Positions 58,343-64,000 of a DNA stretch of 64,000 bases are shown one piece after another. Made by a program: the position numbers and the translations under genes. Numbering within the stretch: position 1 is the stretch's first letter; the number at the start of each line of letters is the position of its first letter. Source of the stretch: an uncultured Verrucomicrobiae bacterium (lineage in GTDB: Bacteria; Verrucomicrobiota; Verrucomicrobiia; Chthoniobacterales; UBA10450). The notes under the pieces were generated by a model. It was given only the letters and a program-made list of their open reading frames with translations. It ran no database searches and was not told the origin of the DNA. The stretch is taken from contig CAVTMK010000003.1 of the NCBI GenBank assembly GCA_963735805.1, positions 128,001 to 192,000 on the forward strand, given 5' to 3'.

Positions 58343-59851
58343 ATGGGCGAAGCAGTCAAACAAACGTTCGTGCCTGAAGATAACGTCGCTCCAGTCGTGC
58401 TGACAGGAGTGCGGGGGTTTATCGCGAAGTTCACTGTGCTCAAGGGAGCTCAACGCGAGCTGTGGTTGACGTTCCTGATCAAGTTCTTCATTTACACTGC
58501 TTACTCGGTCACGAACAAAACGATGGTCCTGTGGCTGTCGAAAGACCTCGGCTTTAGCGATCAAGCGTCAGGAGCTCTGGTCGGCTGGGTCTGGGCACCG
58601 GCAATGACCATCTTCACGTTGCTTGCCGGGTCGATCACGGATGCGATCGGCTTGCGCCGTACTTTCTTCCTCGGCGTCGCCATCTGCACGGTCGCTCGCA
58701 GTGTCATGGCTGTTTCTACGATCCCGTGGCTGGCCCTTGCCTGCGGCGTTCTTCCGCTGGCAGTCGGCGAAGCGCTCGGGACACCGGTGCTGCTGGCAGC
58801 TACGCGGCGCTATTCAACTGTGGCTCAGCGTTCAATCTCATTCTCGCTCATCTATGCGGTAATGAACGTCGCCTATGTCGTCGCCGGGTACATATTCGAT
58901 TATGTACGCCAGTTGAACTTGCATGTCAGCCTGTTCGGATTTGAGCCAACCTCATATCAACAACTGTTCATGGTCAGCCTGATGTTCGAGATCGTGCTGT
59001 TTCCCGTCATCTATTTCATCCGCCGGGGAGCGGAAGCAACCAACGGCGGGCCGGTCATTGACGAATCGTCCCGCGATCGTGGGACTGCGCCCGCTTTTTG
59101 GACGGGCATTGGACAGACGATAAGGAAAAGTGCCGTAGCTACAGCGCACCTTTTTCGGCGTTTAATTAGTCAATCAGCCTTCTACCGGTTGCTTGCTTTC
59201 TTCCTCTTCATCGGATTTCTCAAAGCCATTTTTCTCCAAATGGACTACGTGTTCCCGAAGTGGGGCATTCGCGAACTCGGCTTCAACGCTCCCGTCGGAA
59301 AGCTTTCCGCAATCAACGCTATCGTCATCATTTTTCTCGTGCCGATCGTAGGCGCGCTGACGCAAAAGTTTGCGGCTTATCGGATGGTCATTATCGGCGG
59401 AGCAATCTGCGCTGCTGGCGTGTTCATAATGGCGCTGCCGACCGAATGGTTTCAGCCTGCCGCTCAGAGCGTCATCGGACAGTGGCTTGGGCATGGCTTC
59501 CTCGGAGTACGCGGAAGCATTCACCCTTATTACATTATGGCTACGCTGTATCTGATCGTCTTTTCGATAGGAGAAGCGTTCTATTCGCCGCGAGTCTACG
59601 AATATGCCGCAGCTATTGCGCCAAAAGGCCAGGAAGCATCGTATGGCTCGCTGGCGTACCTTCCGTTCCTCGTTGGCAAGATCCTTGTCGGGGCGGGCGG
59701 ATGGCTGCTGGCAGCGTTTTGTCCGGAACACGGCCCGCGGCGTTCTGGAACAATGTGGCTTATCTTTGCATTGGCGGCGTCAGTCGCACCAATCGGGTTG
59801 GTCGGGCTGCGTCGCTACATTCGAGTCCCTGAAGCAGGTCGGCACGATTAA
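58343..59851 (+). CDS. MFS transporter (POT/peptide-like)
   Basis: G.ITD.IG.RR motif A, ~12 TMs, SIGEA..SP. Confidence 0.88.
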   Translation: MGEAVKQTFVPEDNVAPVVLTGVRGFIAKFTVLKGAQRELWLTFLIKFFIYTAYSVTNKTMVLWLSKDLGFSDQASGALVGWVWAPAMTIFTLLAGSITDAIGLRRTFFLGVAICTVARSVMAVSTIPWLALACGVLPLAVGEALGTPVLLAATRRYSTVAQRSISFSLIYAVMNVAYVVAGYIFDYVRQLNLHVSLFGFEPTSYQQLFMVSLMFEIVLFPVIYFIRRGAEATNGGPVIDESSRDRGTAPAFWTGIGQTIRKSAVATAHLFRRLISQSAFYRLLAFFLFIGFLKAIFLQMDYVFPKWGIRELGFNAPVGKLSAINAIVIIFLVPIVGALTQKFAAYRMVIIGGAICAAGVFIMALPTEWFQPAAQSVIGQWLGHGFLGVRGSIHPYYIMATLYLIVFSIGEAFYSPRVYEYAAAIAPKGQEASYGSLAYLPFLVGKILVGAGGWLLAAFCPEHGPRRSGTMWLIFALAASVAPIGLVGLRRYIRVPEAGRHD

Positions 59852-60070
59852 TCGGAAAAATGGCCTGGTGGGAATCAGAAACTTCGTCCCTATTTTTCCG
59901 TAGAAAAAGGTGGGAAGACCATTTTTCAGCTTGTTTGCGAACTTAATTAAAAGAGATCAATCTCGCGCCTGCATGATTTGCGAGCGAAACCGTTCGCGTG
60001 TAGATTGTGTGGCACTCTCGGGGAAGTCAGGGAAGGCTAAGGGATCGATCAAAACTTCAGGCTTCAGGGT

Positions 60071-60691
60071 ATGAACAGCACACATCTACTACACCCACAT
60101 CGTGGGTCGCATAAGACAGTTTGGTTTGGTTTGCTTGGCACAATTGTGGTGATTGTCGGTTCGATTTTGTTGGCTTATGCTCAAACGCAAAAAAAAGAAG
60201 CGGACAAAATGAATCCAACCAAGCCAATGCCGACCGAGGCTGAACTGCAAAAACAATTGACCAAAGACCAGTATCACGTGACGCGCGAATGCGGTACGGA
60301 AACTCCATTTCACAACGCCTATTGGGACAATCACAAGGCGGGAATTTACGTCGATATTGTTACGGGAGAACCGCTCTTCAGTTCACAAGATAAATTCGAC
60401 AGCGGCACGGGCTGGCCCAGTTTCACCAAGCCGATTTCGCCGGGCAGCGTGGTGGAAAAGCGGGATTCCTCACATGGAATGGAGCGCACTGAGGTTCGAG
60501 GAAAAACAAGCGACTCGCATCTCGGTCACGTCTTCGATGACGGTCCCGCTCCCACGCGTCAACGCTACTGCGTGAATTCTGCATCGCTGCGGTTTATCCC
60601 CGTAGAGAAACTAAGAGAAGAAGGCTACGGTCAATATCTGTCGCTGTTTCAATCTCCACAGGGACAGCAAAAGCAAGCACAGCGCGATTAG
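60071..60691 (+). CDS. msrB: Peptide-methionine (R)-S-oxide reductase with N-terminal anchor
   Basis: [31 protein letters not shown]. Confidence 0.95.
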   Translation: MNSTHLLHPHRGSHKTVWFGLLGTIVVIVGSILLAYAQTQKKEADKMNPTKPMPTEAELQKQLTKDQYHVTRECGTETPFHNAYWDNHKAGIYVDIVTGEPLFSSQDKFDSGTGWPSFTKPISPGSVVEKRDSSHGMERTEVRGKTSDSHLGHVFDDGPAPTRQRYCVNSASLRFIPVEKLREEGYGQYLSLFQSPQGQQKQAQRD

Positions 60692-60899
60692 ACAGGTGTG
60701 ACGAATGTCAAATTAGTGACAAAGCCCGAATGATGAACGATCGTTCGGGCGTCGGCTAGTCTTCGCTTCCTAATTTTTATTGAGTGTTCTCTTCATTTAT
60801 TCGTTAGTCGTATTTCGTCATTTTTGATTTGTCTGTCGGTTGTTCGAGACCGTTTTGAAACCGCTTGTCTTACGCGCTAGTCTTTAATCTGGAACTATT

Positions 60900-61421
60900 A
60901 TGACCCGGGACGACTTCGATTACGCTATCGAGAACACGCACGTGATCGTTGCTCCCGAACGACAGATCGCAACCTTCGGCAGCACTAGTTTCAATTTTTA
61001 TCTCATCTCTGAACTGATGGATCGAGTGAATCAGGTCCGGATTCGCAACGGCAAGATCCACGCTGAGCGACCTCAAATCCTTACACCAGAACATTACTGC
61101 CGGCTGCTGCTGGAAGGCTTTGGAGAGAAAGCGGAGCGCTACGTCGATCAACTACGAGAACACGCGCGCAATATGGCAGTGCTTCGTTACGGTTTTCAAT
61201 TCCGCAAGACCGATCTAAACGAGCAAACATTGCGAGATTCAATCGATGGGGTGATAAGTCGCACGAAACGGCGCGTCGAGAGCGCAAATGAACCGTTGAG
61301 TGCAATCATCCACGGTGTCGATGACGCCTGGGAAGTGTGCTTGCTCAAGTTTACGATCGACCTCGTCGAACGCTCGTCGGGCGGCAATCTCGGAGATTTT
61401 CGCAACCGCGGATTGCTGTAG
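60900..61421 (+). CDS. Conserved-looking hypothetical protein
   Basis: 173-aa ORF filling the gap. Confidence 0.75.
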   Translation: MTRDDFDYAIENTHVIVAPERQIATFGSTSFNFYLISELMDRVNQVRIRNGKIHAERPQILTPEHYCRLLLEGFGEKAERYVDQLREHARNMAVLRYGFQFRKTDLNEQTLRDSIDGVISRTKRRVESANEPLSAIIHGVDDAWEVCLLKFTIDLVERSSGGNLGDFRNRGLL

Positions 61422-61449
61422 CCTCCGGGGCGCGCCGGCCGTTGCGGCG

Positions 61450-62334
61450 TCAAAGATATTCTCTGATGAACGCGCCGGCGCTAGCGAGCGCACGGCGGCC
61501 CGGCTCAAGATGAGCGTTCCATAGAGGCCATGCATGAATCATGTGTGGCCAGATTTCCAGAGTCGCGCGAACATCGGCTGTGCCAGCAACAGCCGCAAAA
61601 CGAGTCGCATCATCAAGCAACGTCTCGGCTGAGCCGACTTGAATTAGCGTTGGAGGAAAACCGTTGAGATCGGCGTAAAGAGGAGAAACACGGGGATCTT
61701 TCCGATCCATTCCGGCAGGCAAATAAGCTTGGGCCAGCTCGTTCAGATACTCTTTGTGAATGAGCGGATCGATGGCGCTATTGGTGGCAAGCGTTGAACC
61801 GGACATCGTCAGGTCCGTCCAAGGTGAAATTAACCACGCGCAACCTGGGAGTTCTTCGCGTGTATCGCGCAGCCGACTGGTCAGCGCCAATGAGAGGCCG
61901 GCACCCGCGCTGTCACCGCCAAGCGCAATGCGCGCAGCAGAAATGCCCTGGTTTCGCAGAAATCGCCAGGCTGTCAGCGCGTCGTCGTATGCTGCTGGAA
62001 ATGGATGCTCTGGAGCGAGTCGATAGGCGATCGCCAATGTTCGCACCCCAGCGGCTCGCCCCGCCTCAGTCACAAGCCGACGATGACTCACAACCGAACC
62101 AGAACAGTAGCCACCACCATGAAAAAACAACAGAACGCGCGAAGGATCGCTGTTAGCAACGATCGACCATTCCCCTGGCACGCCGGCCACATCAACCGCA
62201 GTGAGATTCACGTCGTCAGCTACAGGCCAGACGGAACCGACTTCATCCAGGCGTTTTCGTCGTTCTGACCATCCGACAGGTCGCGGCTTGGAATTTAACA
62301 GCGTGCGGATGTCATCGATTTCGTTTTGAGCCAT
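61450..62334 (-). CDS. Alpha/beta hydrolase (HSL-family esterase)
   Basis: HGGGY, YRLAPEHPFPA, GDSAG, H near the C-terminus. Confidence 0.92.
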   Translation of the reverse strand: MAQNEIDDIRTLLNSKPRPVGWSERRKRLDEVGSVWPVADDVNLTAVDVAGVPGEWSIVANSDPSRVLLFFHGGGYCSGSVVSHRRLVTEAGRAAGVRTLAIAYRLAPEHPFPAAYDDALTAWRFLRNQGISAARIALGGDSAGAGLSLALTSRLRDTREELPGCAWLISPWTDLTMSGSTLATNSAIDPLIHKEYLNELAQAYLPAGMDRKDPRVSPLYADLNGFPPTLIQVGSAETLLDDATRFAAVAGTADVRATLEIWPHMIHAWPLWNAHLEPGRRALASAGAFIREYL

Positions 62335-62431
62335 TGCGTCTTAGATAAGCATTGGCCTATGAAGTGCAATCCAAGTACGAACTTTGGGCTTTTGTCTTGA
62401 CGGTTGAACACATCGTTGTTGCCTCCTGACT

Positions 62432-64000
62432 ATGTCGCATCCTTACGACGCCATCGTCATCGGTGCCGGACACAATGGCCTGACCTGTGCGTGTTACCTC
62501 GCCCGGGCGGGGTTGCGCGTTCTTACGTTGGAAGCGAACGAGACCATTGGCGGTTTGACAATCACCCAAGAGATTACGCTTCCGGATTTTCATTCCGACC
62601 TGCATGCGTTTGGATACCAGTTTGCCAATCTTTCGCCGGCACGACACGAGTTGGAACTGGACCGTTATGGCCTGGAATTGCTGACGCCTGAAATCTCTTT
62701 CGCCCACGCGTTCCCCGACGGCCAAACCGTTCGCATGTACAGAAATTTAGACCAAACGTGTGCTAGCATCGCGGCGCATTCGATGCACGATGCCGAACAA
62801 TGGCGTGTGCTATTTGGCCGATGGCTCATCGGCAAAGACGCGATTTGCGCTGCCCTCAACGCGCCACCGCGCCCCCTCTCGCAACACCTCGCTGAACTGG
62901 AACGCTCACCGGCTGGGCTGGACGAGTACCGCTTTGAAACTCAAACGCTTCGCGCATGGGCGAGCCAATGGTTTGAGCAAGAATGTGTCCGCTTGTTTCT
63001 CGGCGCGTTCTCAGTGCACGCGAACGTCGCGCCAGACGACGTGGGTGGCGGGCAACTGGCATGGTTGTTTGATTCGGTGATTCAAGATTTTGGCAACAAG
63101 ATTGTCAAAGGCGGAATGCTCAACCTCTCACGGGCATTAGCGCGATGTTTGGAATACCGTGGCGGCATGATTCGGACAACTGCGCGAGTGAGCAGAATTC
63201 TGATCGAGCAGGGAAAGGCCGTCGGTGTGCGTTTGAGTGATGGCGAAGAGATCTCAGTCGGTCGACTTGTGGCATCCACTGTTGATCCGCGCACGCTCGT
63301 GCTCGATTTGCTCGGCGAGGTTGTACTTGGAGAGGACATCGCGCATAAGATCGCACGATACCAATGGGGTGATTCGATCATGGTGATCTACCTAGCATTG
63401 AGCGGACCGCTCGAATTCAAGGCAGGCGAAGAGACTGCGCGTGCGTCCTATGTTCACTGCACGCCGCCCTCATTGGAATACGTCGCGCAGATGTTTGTCG
63501 AAGCGCGGGCTGGGTTGCTCCCAGCGCGGCCAGTGATGGTGGTTTGCAATGACTACACGGCTGATCCCAGCCGCGTTCCGCCTGGAAAGGGTTTGATCAA
63601 AATCCTGGTCAAATGCGTGCCGTATGAAATTCTCGGCGATGCCACGCGTAAGATTGCCGCGCGAAATTGGAAGGCCGCCAAAGAACCATATGCCGATCAC
63701 GTGATTGACCTGCTGACGGAACATTACATCCCTAATCTTAAGGCAAGGATTTTGAAGCGAATCGTCCATTCGCCGGTAGACCAGGAGCGCATGATCAGCA
63801 GCGCGGTGCGCGGGACCGAACTGCAGGGCGCGTTCCTTCCATATCAGAGCGGCGCCATGCGGCCCATTCCCGAATTGGGCCATTACCGCACGCCAGTTCC
63901 AAACGTGTATGTTTGCGGGGCCGCTAGCCATCCCGGTCCGGGCGTCTCGTTCATGCCAGGTCGCAATGCTGCGCATGTGATCTTCACTGATTTGGGTTTG
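62432..64000 (+). CDS. Phytoene-desaturase-family NAD(P)/FAD oxidoreductase, runs off window end
   Basis: My translation: MSHPYDAIVIGAGHNGL... and ...YRTPVPNVYVCGAASHPGPGVSFMPGRNAA in the same frame; absent from the ORF track because there is no stop in the window. Confidence 0.88.
   Translation, partial: MSHPYDAIVIGAGHNGLTCACYLARAGLRVLTLEANETIGGLTITQEITLPDFHSDLHAFGYQFANLSPARHELELDRYGLELLTPEISFAHAFPDGQTVRMYRNLDQTCASIAAHSMHDAEQWRVLFGRWLIGKDAICAALNAPPRPLSQHLAELERSPAGLDEYRFETQTLRAWASQWFEQECVRLFLGAFSVHANVAPDDVGGGQLAWLFDSVIQDFGNKIVKGGMLNLSRALARCLEYRGGMIRTTARVSRILIEQGKAVGVRLSDGEEISVGRLVASTVDPRTLVLDLLGEVVLGEDIAHKIARYQWGDSIMVIYLALSGPLEFKAGEETARASYVHCTPPSLEYVAQMFVEARAGLLPARPVMVVCNDYTADPSRVPPGKGLIKILVKCVPYEILGDATRKIAARNWKAAKEPYADHVIDLLTEHYIPNLKARILKRIVHSPVDQERMISSAVRGTELQGAFLPYQSGAMRPIPELGHYRTPVPNVYVCGAASHPGPGVSFMPGRNAAHVIFTDLGL

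Overview
Bacterial chromosomal segment, probably a soil verrucomicrobium (Chthoniobacterales / Ca. Udaeobacter-like). This is inferred from gene content such as a TIGR03067 protein, a PPPDGGYPG-type S74 repeat protein and a long-form IspH. It is not a database result. Most of the window is housekeeping: thrA, ku, ispH, holB, tmk, treZ, mutL, lpxB, fcl, ribBA-ribH-nusB-ftsY and msrB. It begins in a hopanoid C-3 methylase (hpnR-like) and ends in an FAD oxidoreductase that the ORF track missed. An accessory block (about 35.1-49.5 kb) holds a GntR/ABC/DUF4386/dehydrogenase operon and a run of short co-oriented genes. The most notable structure is non-coding. (1) A four-helix-bundle (23S-IVS protein/Avd-like) gene is enclosed by inverted arrays of 7-bp repeats that could form a ~29-bp stem, and related orphan heptamer arrays sit at other gene junctions. 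(2) A GTAG-type REP palindrome occurs intergenically and also translated in-frame inside mutL and an ArnT-like gene. (3) A ~150-nt structured RNA candidate lies between tmk and an EVE gene. Three genes carry apparent frameshifts. I saw no rRNA, tRNA, CRISPR array, transposase or integrase.
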